NCBI GenBank assembly: GCA_036679605.1
Contig: JAZDCZ010000275.1
Span: forward strand, 1-13,087
Direction: 5' to 3'
From: Gemmatimonadota bacterium
Lineage (GTDB): Bacteria; Gemmatimonadota; Gemmatimonadetes; Gemmatimonadales; GWC2-71-9
Length of the DNA stretch: 13,087 bases
In this document: positions 1 through 9,071 of the stretch, piece after piece
Layout: each line of letters opens with the position of its first letter
Position numbering within the stretch: position 1 is the stretch's first letter
Notes under the pieces: generated by a model
What the model was told of the DNA's origin: nothing
Databases searched by the model: none
Seen by the model: the letters and a program-made list of their open reading frames with translations, nothing else
Translations under genes and position numbers: made by a program

Positions 1-1
1 C

Positions 2-385
2 TGTGTTTTGCATGCCAATCTGCAGGCGGCTAGCGTGCCACGGTTGAAGGCTACGTCGGCTCAGCAGTTTCTAAACGTGACCAACCAGGTCGACGTAGTT
101 CAGCAACTGACTACCTATTTCACCGACATCACCGACTGGACTAATGCCCTGCGAGCCGCTTACTGTGCCAACCAGGGTCTGCCCGGTATCCGCTACTTCA
201 TGCCGGCGGTAGCGACTTCGATTCATGGCATTCTCGCGACCAATCAGTTCTCCACGCTTACTAGTACAGGAGTAACACCCATGGACTGGCTTGCGGGGTC
301 CTCCAACGCGGTGGTTGACGCGGTTGAGGAAGGGACACTAGTAACTGATCTCGGGGTTGACCCGTTCTCCTGCCCAGTCAACTGA
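2..385 (+). CDS. C-terminal part of a protein that starts upstream of the window; tentatively a pectinacetylesterase/Notum-like alpha/beta hydrolase
   Basis: The frame is open from the window edge to TGA at 383-385. The pattern 'NQVDVVQ...RYFMPAVATSIHGIL...F...GVTPMDWL' resembles the Asp/His-bearing C-terminus of bacterial pectinacetylesterase-family proteins. The catalytic Ser region is not in the window. Confidence 0.4.
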   Translation, partial: CVLHANLQAASVPRLKATSAQQFLNVTNQVDVVQQLTTYFTDITDWTNALRAAYCANQGLPGIRYFMPAVATSIHGILATNQFSTLTSTGVTPMDWLAGSSNAVVDAVEEGTLVTDLGVDPFSCPVN

Positions 386-938
386 TCCGTACCAAGCGCG
401 CCGGCAGTAACCCTACCGGTGTGCGCTGTCTCAAAGTCATTGACGGTCGGCGGGGAGAGGACGGTAGCCGGGCGGAGCACGGTTGGGATCCGACGGTGCA
501 CCGATATCGATCTGCCCGGCTCCGACCGAGAGAAGGGAAGCTCGACGTAGCGCTGGTCTATGTTGACCGAGTGCGTTACCGCCGACGGCCTTATGAATAC
601 TGCCGAAGCGATTGCGGCCGCCTCCGCGGTTGTGACCGAGAACGTAGCGCTTGCGATTCATGGCTCGTGCGAGCGTGTAAGCGAAGCAAAGCTGTGCGGC
701 GCGCACACGACTGCGCCGAATAGGCGTTGGTTAGATCAGTGCTCGGGGAAAAACGGGCGGAGACGTGCTGTCTGGTGGCGCTCTGGTTCTACCCAGGTAG
801 ATCGAGAGCCGTGCGTCCCAGAATCCGGGTCTGGCACAATCTTGTCCCGCCACGCTGCGGCCGGCGCCAGTATGCCGTGATAGCCCTGACTCGTGTCAGC
901 GAGCACGGATAGGCCGAGTAGCCGGCACACGGATCGCG

Positions 939-1703
939 CTAGCCGAGATCCGATACGGCCCTGCTTTCCGCCTCCAGTTCATCGACGATACGTCGAAGCT
1001 CGTCCACGTCGGAACCCGTCGGAGTGTATCCCGAGCCCAGCCACTCTTCCAGGCGCTCCTCCGTATGCCCTGCTACTTCCCCAAGACGGGGAAACCCGCA
1101 AAGTGCGCCGGCGCCATGAATCTGATGGAGGTTGTTGCGCAGGGCTTCCAAAGCGCTGCGTTGCAGCTCTTCGTGCGTGGCTTTGTCCAGAACAGCACGC
1201 ATTTCTTCGAGCTTGGGCGTCAAGCGCGAGACGAACTTCTGCGCCACTTCCGGGGGCAGCTTTCGCTTATGTGCGACCTCAGGTCGGGAGACGCGTGCGT
1301 CGCTATCCGTCGGACCTCCCACGCCACTCAGATCTCTGACGATGGCGACTAGTTCGTCAGGTTCCGGCGGCTTTTGAAGACGCGCACTCCAGGGGCCGGG
1401 CGCTTCCTGGGAGAGCAGCTTGAGTGATCCCGTGAGCAGGACCATACGCGCGTGTCTTGTGCGCTCATCGGCGACAATAGTCTCCGCGATCTGACGTCCG
1501 TCTGTAGGCGGTATCATGTAATCGAGAACAATAACTTGCGGACGTATCTCTCGGGCCAAGGACACTGCTTGATCACCGTCGGCGGCCACGGTCACCTCGA
1601 ATCCGGCTTCCTCCAGATATCCCTTCAGTATCGACCTGGTACATACTTCGTCGTCTGCTACGAGGACTCGCACCTTGGATGACGCTTCTACCCTATGTGA
1701 CAT
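939..1703 (-). CDS. Response regulator with N-terminal receiver (REC) and C-terminal Hpt domain
   Basis: REC: VLVADD, VIVLD61, LLT91G, K111P. A linker is followed by an Hpt-like helical region 'LRNNLH193QIHGAGALCGFPRLGEVAGHTEERL'. AGGA RBS about 7 nt upstream of the ATG. Last gene of the che operon. Confidence 0.85.
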   Translation of the reverse strand: MSHRVEASSKVRVLVADDEVCTRSILKGYLEEAGFEVTVAADGDQAVSLAREIRPQVIVLDYMIPPTDGRQIAETIVADERTRHARMVLLTGSLKLLSQEAPGPWSARLQKPPEPDELVAIVRDLSGVGGPTDSDARVSRPEVAHKRKLPPEVAQKFVSRLTPKLEEMRAVLDKATHEELQRSALEALRNNLHQIHGAGALCGFPRLGEVAGHTEERLEEWLGSGYTPTGSDVDELRRIVDELEAESRAVSDLG

Positions 1704-1727
1704 AGTTCGTTCCTACCTTCCCCCGCT

Positions 1728-2798
1728 CTAGTTGGCTTCGGATAGTTCGGCGAGGGTCGCTGCAATATCGTCAATCGACAAAACTGCGTCGCTCAGCCCC
1801 GCTTCGATTACGACACGCGGCATCCCGAAGACCACCGACGTCTCTTCGTCCTGAGCAATGATGGTTCCATTCCCCGCGTGTATCGCACGTGCACCGTCCA
1901 AGCCGTCGCTGCCCATGCCTGTGAGCACCACGGCCAATACGGCGGGGCCGTACACCTCGGCCGCAGACCGAAAGAGCACATCCGCGGAAGGGCGAAACCC
2001 GCCGACGGGCGGCGAATCGCAAACACTCATCCGGCCCCTCTCGCGCAAGCGAATGTGTGCTTGCGCGGGCGCCATATAGACGACGCCGGCCTCTAGCGCA
2101 TCGCCTTCACTGGCCGACTTGACAGGGAGAAGGCTCACGTCGTTGAGCCAAGACGCGAAGCCCTCGGTAAAATCGGCGGTCATGTGTTGTACGGCGACGA
2201 TTGGAAACGGAAACTCTCTCGGCAAGGCAGAGAGAAGCCGTCGGAGCATTTTCGGTCCACCTAGTGAGGCGGCGATAGCGACCACCTGGTAGGGATTGTG
2301 TCCTCGCAGGGCAGCTACACGCACGGGTCGACTCGACCCAGCCACTGGAGTCGCCGCATCAGCCGCTACTGGCATGTCGTCCAATTGCACTTCTACGACG
2401 GCCTTGAGGGTGGTCAACAGATGCCGTCGTGCGTCCTCGAATTCCGTCGTACCGAGATGATCGGGCTTCTTGACCGCGGCGAGCGCACCGGCTGCCATCA
2501 CGCGCATCGAAAGCTCTGCATCGCCGTCATTGATGAGCGCCGAAACGGCCACGATACGAGTCGGGCATTCTCGCATGATGCGCTTGGTTGCTTCGATGCT
2601 ATCGATATCCGGCATCGCCACGTCCATTGAAATGACCTGGGGTCGAAGCTCGCTTGCTTTGCGTATCGCCTCCGATCCGTCTTGCGCGACACCGATTACT
2701 TCGAATGCCGGGTCGGCATTCACAACGTGAGATAGTAGCCCCCGATAGGTCGAGGAATCATCTACTATCAATACGCGGATTGGCCTCTTTGAACTCAT
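1728..2798 (-). CDS. cheB: Chemotaxis methylesterase response regulator CheB (WspF-like)
   Basis: N-terminal REC (VLIVDDS, ISMDVAMP, KKP). Methylesterase triad motifs AASLGGP (Ser), VQHM (His), LTGMGSDG (Asp), plus RPSADVLF and AQDEETSVVFGMP. ATGA overlap with cheA at 2795-2798. Confidence 0.96.
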   Translation of the reverse strand: MSSKRPIRVLIVDDSSTYRGLLSHVVNADPAFEVIGVAQDGSEAIRKASELRPQVISMDVAMPDIDSIEATKRIMRECPTRIVAVSALINDGDAELSMRVMAAGALAAVKKPDHLGTTEFEDARRHLLTTLKAVVEVQLDDMPVAADAATPVAGSSRPVRVAALRGHNPYQVVAIAASLGGPKMLRRLLSALPREFPFPIVAVQHMTADFTEGFASWLNDVSLLPVKSASEGDALEAGVVYMAPAQAHIRLRERGRMSVCDSPPVGGFRPSADVLFRSAAEVYGPAVLAVVLTGMGSDGLDGARAIHAGNGTIIAQDEETSVVFGMPRVVIEAGLSDAVLSIDDIAATLAELSEAN

Positions 2799-5032
2799 AC
2801 CAGTTGACTTATGGTTTCAAGAAATGCTCCGAGTTCGAATGTGCTCTTGACAATATAGGCGTTTGCGCCGGCTTCGAGGCCGCGAGCTTTGTCTGCATCG
2901 CTGTCGCAGGAGGTGACCAGGACTACCGGCAGATGGCAAAGCGCCTGCGACCTGCGGATCTCTTCTGTCAAAGCGATGCCGTCCATCGAAGGCATCGCTA
3001 CATCGGAGACCACCATGTCGATAGGCTGCTTGGCAAGGATCTCCCAAGCACTGGCGCCGTCAACGGCCGTGACTACGTCGTAGCCGGCGGAAGTCAAGGC
3101 ATTCCTTTCGAGAGCCCGGGCGGTAGCGTCATCGTCGACTACCAAAACTCGTTTCGGTCCGACATCCTCCTGCGTCGCTGCCCGCGGTGCGAATACACTC
3201 GCGTTCGCCGCCGGGCGTTGAAGTGCAGTGCGTACCAACTCGGGCACATTGAGGATGAGAGCTATCTTTCCACCACTGAGAACCGTGGCTCCGGAAATAT
3301 TGGGCACCTGTTGTAGACGTACCCCGAGGTTCTTTACCACCACACGCTCAGTTGCCAAGCATTCGTCGACGGCGAAAGCCACACGTTTGTCACCGCTGGC
3401 CAGTACGGCAACCGTGACCTCGCGATGGCAGTCGCTGTCTTCGGACGAACCGACACCGAGCTCGTCGGCCAGCGAAACCAGACGGACGAGTTGTCCGGCA
3501 ACCAAGATCGCCTCGTGGCCATCGACTAGACGGATGTCTTCGGGTCGGGTGCGTAGAATGTGAGATACGCTCGCCGACAATCCAGCGTAGACACCTCCTC
3601 CTGCTCTCAAAAGCAGAACATGCGCCGTGGTGAGCGTCAGAGGAACAGCCAAGACGAATGTCGTGCCCCGACCCGGCTCCGAGCTGAAATGCAGGGTCCC
3701 GTTCAACGATTCGATGATCGCTTTTACGACGTCGAGACCGACACCGCGTCCAGAGATTTCGGTCACAGTCGATGCAGTCGAGAAACCGGGTTCAAATATC
3801 AAATCCGACGCATCTCCGGCGCTCGCCGCGGCAACGATGCCGTGGCGGAGAGCATGTTCACGAACTGCCTCGGTGTTGATGCCCCGACCGTCGTCACTGA
3901 CGGTTACCTCTACGTAGGGTCCGCTCAACGAAGCACGCACGGTGATGCAACCACGCCTGTCCTTGCCGCCGGCCTCCCTATCGACAGGCCCTTCGAGCCC
4001 GTGGTCGACCGCGTTACGCACAAGGTGGATGAGCGGACTCTTCAGAGCTTCGAGCGTCGAGCGATCCAATTCTACGTCGCCACCTTCGATGACGAGGTCA
4101 GCCTCTTTCCCCGTAACCCTGGCAACGTCCCGAACGGCTCGCTCCAGTCCGTAGCAAGCCTCGGCGAACGGAAACAGTCGAATATCGCGTGCGTCCTCTT
4201 CGAGCGTGGCTACAGCCCTATTCAACGAGCGCCGGTCTGCGGCCAAATCGACCCGAAGCCGTTCCAGTTCCGTCGCCAAGCGTGCGAGCATTGCCCGAGC
4301 CTTGTGCGGGACCGAGTCGACGGCGGGTTGAGCTGAAGCAACACGCGAGGAACGCCGCCCACCCACATCAAGAACAGCGCGACAGTCGGAAAGCACACGT
4401 TTGACGAGCACCATTTGCTCGCTACGAAGGCCGTTCCTTCCTTGTATGAGGAGCATCTCGTTGGTGCCGACGAGTAGTCTGTCGAGCTTCTCCGGCCGAA
4501 CTCGCAATGTGGCTGTGGAATCCGCCGTCGATACGCTCGGTGGAGCTTTGGGTGCCGGCGACGGCTCCTCCTTTCCATGCGGTTCACTGCCTTCTTCGTT
4601 GTGACACATCTCCGAGTGGTCAACGTCCATGAGCGCGAGAGCAAAGCGAGGAATGAGGTCTTCCATGGAGGCCTGCTTCACTTCGCGGCACTCGAATAGC
4701 ATGAGTCGAATTTCGTCAATCGCGTCGGCTGTGTTGAAAAAAAGCTGGAGAAGCTCGGGGGTCAACTTCAAGGTGTTGTCTCGCAACGCGCCGAGGACAT
4801 CTTCTAGGCCGTGGCACCCTTCTTCGAGTAGGTGGGCGTTCATCATCGCGGATGCACCCTTGATCGTATGCGCGGTCCGGAACAGGCGTCGAAACACCTC
4901 GGCGCGTTCGGCATCGGCACAGGGACGGTCCAAAGCCAGGAGGTCCTCATTGAGAAGACGTGAGTGCTCCTCGAGTTCATCCAGAAACGTAGGCAGCAAC
5001 TCTTCGACTAGGTCAGATAGGTCTTGTGCCAT
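2795..5032 (-). CDS. cheA: Hybrid CheA histidine kinase with C-terminal REC (WspE/FrzE-like), no recognisable P2 domain
   Basis: P1 'FRTAH55TIKGAS'; dimerisation 'LRVRPEKLDRL'; HATPase boxes HLVRNAVDHG, DDGRG, IFEPGFST, GRGVGLDVV; CheW-like P5 'VPLTLT...ISGATVLSGGKIALIL'; C-terminal REC 'VLVVDDD...VVSDVAMP...LVTS...YIVK'. Confidence 0.97.
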   Translation of the reverse strand: MAQDLSDLVEELLPTFLDELEEHSRLLNEDLLALDRPCADAERAEVFRRLFRTAHTIKGASAMMNAHLLEEGCHGLEDVLGALRDNTLKLTPELLQLFFNTADAIDEIRLMLFECREVKQASMEDLIPRFALALMDVDHSEMCHNEEGSEPHGKEEPSPAPKAPPSVSTADSTATLRVRPEKLDRLLVGTNEMLLIQGRNGLRSEQMVLVKRVLSDCRAVLDVGGRRSSRVASAQPAVDSVPHKARAMLARLATELERLRVDLAADRRSLNRAVATLEEDARDIRLFPFAEACYGLERAVRDVARVTGKEADLVIEGGDVELDRSTLEALKSPLIHLVRNAVDHGLEGPVDREAGGKDRRGCITVRASLSGPYVEVTVSDDGRGINTEAVREHALRHGIVAAASAGDASDLIFEPGFSTASTVTEISGRGVGLDVVKAIIESLNGTLHFSSEPGRGTTFVLAVPLTLTTAHVLLLRAGGGVYAGLSASVSHILRTRPEDIRLVDGHEAILVAGQLVRLVSLADELGVGSSEDSDCHREVTVAVLASGDKRVAFAVDECLATERVVVKNLGVRLQQVPNISGATVLSGGKIALILNVPELVRTALQRPAANASVFAPRAATQEDVGPKRVLVVDDDATARALERNALTSAGYDVVTAVDGASAWEILAKQPIDMVVSDVAMPSMDGIALTEEIRRSQALCHLPVVLVTSCDSDADKARGLEAGANAYIVKSTFELGAFLETISQLV

Positions 5033-5047
5033 CTAAGTACCCTGTGA

Positions 5048-5665
5048 CTACTCCGACGCGGCCACGCCGATGTGGAGTGCTTCATCGTGGAGCAGCCTGT
5101 CGCCGTCCAAAATGATGAGACCGTCGGACGCCACTCCGAGCGTGTAGCCGCCGGTTGTTTCGATGCGATCGGCATGGCCACTGATGCTGTCTCGGTCGAG
5201 GACTACCGCCCTGTAGATTTCGCCGACCGACACAGCGAACTCCGGGGCACTGTCGCCGAAAACGAGCAGGTAGCCGTCATCGCCGGCTGATGAAGACGAC
5301 GGCAGGCCCAGTAGAATCGCTAAGTCGAACACGGCAAGTGCGCTGCCGCGGTACAGTGTCAGGCCTCGGACGAACTCGGGTGTACCCGGCACCGTAGTAA
5401 TATCGGTTCTGCGGATGACCTCGGTTAAATGTCGTTCGTCTATCGCATAGTTTTGCCCGCCAAGACGGAAGCCGACCGCCGTAAGCGAGGAATCGGAGTC
5501 CGCGTCACACCCAGTCGTTTTAGCCAGACGTTGTGCGCGCCGGTCCATGAGGCCGTCGGTCGACGCCTGCATGCGCCTTTCGGCAGCCGTCAGGGGTTCA
5601 GGCAAGGCGTCGTTCACATCGTCCCGACCTTGCTCTAACTCTCCGTGTCGCGAGCATTCGCTCAT
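5048..5665 (-). CDS. cheW: CheW adaptor with N-terminal extension (WspD-like), 205 aa
   Basis: CheW motifs 'FRLGGQNYAI...ITTVPGTPEFVRGLTLYRGSALAVFDLAILLG'. Start moved from 5785 to ATG 5665, which has an AGGAG RBS and an ATGA overlap with the cheR stop (5662-5665). Confidence 0.9.
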   Translation of the reverse strand: MSECSRHGELEQGRDDVNDALPEPLTAAERRMQASTDGLMDRRAQRLAKTTGCDADSDSSLTAVGFRLGGQNYAIDERHLTEVIRRTDITTVPGTPEFVRGLTLYRGSALAVFDLAILLGLPSSSSAGDDGYLLVFGDSAPEFAVSVGEIYRAVVLDRDSISGHADRIETTGGYTLGVASDGLIILDGDRLLHDEALHIGVAASE

Positions 5666-7071
5666 GCTGTTGCTCCTGATTCGCCGTCGAGTAGAGCGAG
5701 ACTCGTCTGGACAGCCTCGGCGAATTGGCCAACGGTCTCTTCCGGCGCAAGGGCCAACGGAGCCGACGATTCGAGCCCCGCACACAGCGATTGCGCCGTG
5801 AGGAAACTACGTCGCGCACTCTCGATGTCTTCTCGTCCGCGGGAGATAGTCCCGAGCAGAAAGTGCACAACTGCCAGCGACCGGTCGAGATAGAGTAGAC
5901 GGTTCAGGACTGCTTCGGCCTTGCGATCATCGCCCATATCGAGGAGAAAGACTGCGCGCAGAAAATGAAGTTCGATAGACAGAGGGTGACGATCCGTTGC
6001 TTCGCGGCAGTCGCGCTCCCCCGCGCTCGCTCCATCCAGGCAGGCAACCGCACGCGCGTGCAACGCACATGCAGCCGGGTCTTTTTTCAAAGGCGCCGAC
6101 AGCATCACCGCTCTTTCATAATCGCCCTGCGCACAACACTTCTCGGCCTCCTCGAGACAATCCACCGAGATCTGTTGCTCGGCCACAATGATCGGAGCGA
6201 CAGCGGGAGCTACAGGGGCATCTTCGCGAGGATCTGTAAGGAAGACCGCCGCCGTAGTGGTTTCTTCGCAGCGGCGGTAAACCAGGCCCGCAGGAGTTGA
6301 TAGCGCAACCAGACCCGCAGCATCGTCGAGCCGTGGATCGGTAGGGGACGTAATCAGCCAGCCGTCATCGGTGAGCAACGAACGGAACATTTCTGCGATT
6401 CGTCCTATCGTCGCGCCGTCGAAATACACCAAGACGTTGCGGCACAGAATAAGATCGAAACGCCCGCCGTCCCGCGCGAAGCTGGGGGGTAGGCACTCGG
6501 CGAGATTCAGCTGCTCGAACTCGACGGCACGACGTATCGAGGAGTCGAGTACCAGCCGCTCACCCGTACGCTCGAACCAGCGGCAGCGGGGGGCCTCGTC
6601 AATCCCACGTAGTGACCAAGCCCCATAGGTAGCGGTGCGCGCCTGGTCCAGAGCAAGCCTGGACAGATCGCTAGCGTAGATATTGACCCTATCGGCGACT
6701 CCCTGTTCGGCCGCCAAAATTGCAATTGAATAGGGTTCCTCTCCTGAGGCGCAGCCAGCGCTCCATACACGGACCGGCACACGACCGGGTCGGCTGCTCA
6801 TAAGCGCCTGCAGTATTGTCTTTCGTATCATCTCGAACTGAGCCGGATGACGAAAGAAGTAGGTTTCACCGATCCGGAGTTTCTCGATCAGGCGTTGGAA
6901 CTCGATTCGATCGGAACGGAGTAATGAGATGTAGTCCCTTGTACCGGACGCACCGGCTCCTCGTGCTGCGCTCTCCACAAGCTTGAGGACTTCACTCCGT
7001 CTGCTTCCCGTGAATGTGATTCCGGTTGAACGTGTGACAATATCGAGGATGGTTTCGGCCTCCGATTTCAT
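5662..7071 (-). CDS. cheR: CheR methyltransferase with C-terminal TPR region (WspC/FrzF-like), 469 aa
   Basis: Motifs IGETYFFRH, VRVWSAGCASGEEPYSIA, ASDLS, FDLILCRNVLVYFD. TPR-like C-terminus 'LHFLRAVFLLDMGDDRKAEAVLNRLLYLDRSLAVVHFLLG'. Start moved from 7203 to ATG 7071 (ATGA overlap with the cheW stop at 7068-7071). Confidence 0.93.
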   Translation of the reverse strand: MKSEAETILDIVTRSTGITFTGSRRSEVLKLVESAARGAGASGTRDYISLLRSDRIEFQRLIEKLRIGETYFFRHPAQFEMIRKTILQALMSSRPGRVPVRVWSAGCASGEEPYSIAILAAEQGVADRVNIYASDLSRLALDQARTATYGAWSLRGIDEAPRCRWFERTGERLVLDSSIRRAVEFEQLNLAECLPPSFARDGGRFDLILCRNVLVYFDGATIGRIAEMFRSLLTDDGWLITSPTDPRLDDAAGLVALSTPAGLVYRRCEETTTAAVFLTDPREDAPVAPAVAPIIVAEQQISVDCLEEAEKCCAQGDYERAVMLSAPLKKDPAACALHARAVACLDGASAGERDCREATDRHPLSIELHFLRAVFLLDMGDDRKAEAVLNRLLYLDRSLAVVHFLLGTISRGREDIESARRSFLTAQSLCAGLESSAPLALAPEETVGQFAEAVQTSLALLDGESGATA

Positions 7072-7523
7072 CGCTCGCACGCCGGATGCCGGCGATCGTC
7101 GGATTCGCCGACTTCGATATCGGACACCAACGCCCGGAGGTCCTGGATAAGGACGATGCCATCGTCGAATTCGGCAATACCCGAGACAAGTCGGGTATAA
7201 CAAGCCAGGTTGTTGGTAGATTGAGCGTCGGAATCATCAATGTCGGCTATGCCCAGGGCGCGATCAACGCGGAACGCCAGCAATCGTGCCCCTGTCCGCG
7301 CTACGACCAACTGGTCTGTGTACGAGATCGGCTTGTGCGGCAGTGACAGGCGTTGGCGAATGTCGAAAACAGGGATTACGCACCCGCGCATATTGAGGAT
7401 ACCTTCGATGGCCGCGGATGCGCCTGGAAGGGGCGCAAGCGTCACGGCTGCAACAACCTCTTGGACGTCCGCAAGGTCCAGACCATAGCGCTGCCCGGAA
7501 ATCTCGAACAGAAACAAATGCAT
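7068..7523 (-). CDS. cheW: CheW adaptor (WspB-like)
   Basis: 'LFEISGQRYGLDLADVQEVV...LAPLPGASAAIEGILNMRGCVIPVFDIRQRL...LAFRVD' is a canonical CheW pattern. It lies directly after the MCP. Confidence 0.95.
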   Translation of the reverse strand: MHLFLFEISGQRYGLDLADVQEVVAAVTLAPLPGASAAIEGILNMRGCVIPVFDIRQRLSLPHKPISYTDQLVVARTGARLLAFRVDRALGIADIDDSDAQSTNNLACYTRLVSGIAEFDDGIVLIQDLRALVSDIEVGESDDRRHPACER

Positions 7524-7544
7524 CTGAGATCCGTTTGACCCTCA

Positions 7545-9071
7545 CTAAGGGGTTGTCGGCGAAGGATCGATCTTCGATCCGCCCAACCTGAACTTTCCGA
7601 TCAACGTCGTCAGCTTGCTCGTTGTGGTAGTAAGCGATTCGGCCGTCTGCTGCGCATCGCGCGACCCTGCCAAGGCACGTGAGCATTCCTGCTCGATGTC
7701 GTTCATCGCCTGTCTGATCTGGTCGATACCGACCTCTTGCTGCTCCACCCCGGATGCAACCTGCTGCAGAGACTGATGGGTGCCCCCTACCACGTGGGCC
7801 AGTTCATCGATGATTTCGCCGGCTTGGCCCACCCGCGAGACACAGGTCTCCACCCCAATTGCTCCGGCCTCTGTCGCCATGACCGCGACGCTCATCGAGC
7901 CTTCGACATCGTCGAGGATGACTCTTACCTTGTTGGCAGCTTGTCGCGACTGCTCGGCCAGCTGACGTACTTGCTCGGCGACGACGGCAAAACCGCGTCC
8001 GGCATCGCCAGCTCTTGTTGCCTCTATCGCAGCGTTCAAGGCCAAAATGTTCGATTCGTTGGCAATCTCGCCCACCGTCACGATTATCTCTCGTATGGCG
8101 TCGCTTTGTCCGGACAAGTGCGTGATGGTCTGCGCTATCGCGCCTACCTTGTCACGGGTCTCCTCCATCGAGGCAATCGCCGCCATCACCGCGTCGCGCC
8201 CTCCCGTTGCCTTTTCCGCCGCCTTCTTCGACAAGGTGGCTATCTCGGAGGTCTGCTTGGAGGATTCCACCGCCGCCGCACGCAACTCGGCTACGGCGGC
8301 ATTGGTCTCTACAACAGCGGAAGAATAGCGGCCAGCACTCGCGACTTGCTCACCGGCCGTAGCCACGAGTTCGGTCGCCGCACTCGCGAGATATCCGCTG
8401 GTATCGGACACCTCTTCTATTACGCTACGGACGGTGGTCTTGAGTAGCGCGTAGCAATCCGACAGGTCGTGTTCGGCGGAATCGACATCGACCTGTTGAA
8501 GGTCCAGGCCGACCGACTGCAAATAGTCGTAGAAGAATCCGTCGACGACCGCCTGTATATCGTAATTGAAAACCAAGAAGATGGCACGCTCGGCTCTGTT
8601 CCGCATACGAAAACGTAGCGGGAAGCTCCTGCGTAGGCGCTTCCGAACTATGTCTTGGTACAATGCGTAACTACCTATATACCACTTCAGCGGAAGCGCT
8701 ATGACGCTGTGAAGTTGCCCGACCTTGAGCCGTTTGTCGAAGTATCCTGCTCCATAACTGCCACCGGACTCGGCCTCTTTGAATATCTCGAGAAAGTACC
8801 CGGCTTGGGCACGCTCCACGTGTGTACGCAGTTCATCAAGCGAAATGCCTCCTTTACGCGCATGCGCTTCGAAGAACGCACGCGTCGGCCCGAAGTTCAT
8901 CTGGTAGTGATAGAACTCGCGCGCGATCGAGGCCGAATTGCGTTCGGCCCACCGGGTCAATTTGCCCAGAACCTTTGCGTCTGACGACGTAAAGTTCATG
9001 AACTGCTTTCTCAGATTCAGATTGGTATCGTTGATACCGTAGACCGTCGTAGATCTGCCGTCCGACTTCAT
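7545..9071 (-). CDS. Soluble globin-coupled sensor methyl-accepting chemotaxis protein (protoglobin-type sensor plus about 40-heptad signalling domain)
   Basis: N-terminal globin: 'AREFY' (putative B10 Tyr) and '[23 protein letters not shown]' (proximal His and the HemAT-like xKWY motif). C-terminal MCP hairpin '[35 protein letters not shown]'. No transmembrane segment is evident. ATG 9071 is preferred over GTG 9083 because a GAGGTG RBS lies just upstream. Confidence 0.92.
   Translation of the reverse strand: MKSDGRSTTVYGINDTNLNLRKQFMNFTSSDAKVLGKLTRWAERNSASIAREFYHYQMNFGPTRAFFEAHARKGGISLDELRTHVERAQAGYFLEIFKEAESGGSYGAGYFDKRLKVGQLHSVIALPLKWYIGSYALYQDIVRKRLRRSFPLRFRMRNRAERAIFLVFNYDIQAVVDGFFYDYLQSVGLDLQQVDVDSAEHDLSDCYALLKTTVRSVIEEVSDTSGYLASAATELVATAGEQVASAGRYSSAVVETNAAVAELRAAAVESSKQTSEIATLSKKAAEKATGGRDAVMAAIASMEETRDKVGAIAQTITHLSGQSDAIREIIVTVGEIANESNILALNAAIEATRAGDAGRGFAVVAEQVRQLAEQSRQAANKVRVILDDVEGSMSVAVMATEAGAIGVETCVSRVGQAGEIIDELAHVVGGTHQSLQQVASGVEQQEVGIDQIRQAMNDIEQECSRALAGSRDAQQTAESLTTTTSKLTTLIGKFRLGGSKIDPSPTTP

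Noticed and set aside
400..660. Faint resemblance to a glycerate-kinase C-terminus across frameshifts
   Set aside because: It needs several assumed indels and the diagnostic TGEG motif is absent.
832..846. Sigma54-like TGGCAC...TTG motif
   Set aside because: It lacks GC at the -12 position (GG-N10-TC) and no plus-strand gene follows it.
5666..5785. ORF-track N-terminal extension of the second cheW
   Set aside because: It overlaps the cheR 3' end. ATG 5665 has an AGGAG RBS and ATGA coupling.
7072..7203. ORF-track N-terminal extension of cheR
   Set aside because: It overlaps the upstream cheW and is Arg/Pro-rich shadow sequence. ATG 7071 is coupled to the cheW stop.
2654..8447. Long plus-strand ORFs (2654-3316, 3560-4336, 7737-8447 and others)
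   Set aside because: They are antisense shadows of well-supported che genes in GC-rich DNA and have no recognisable motifs.
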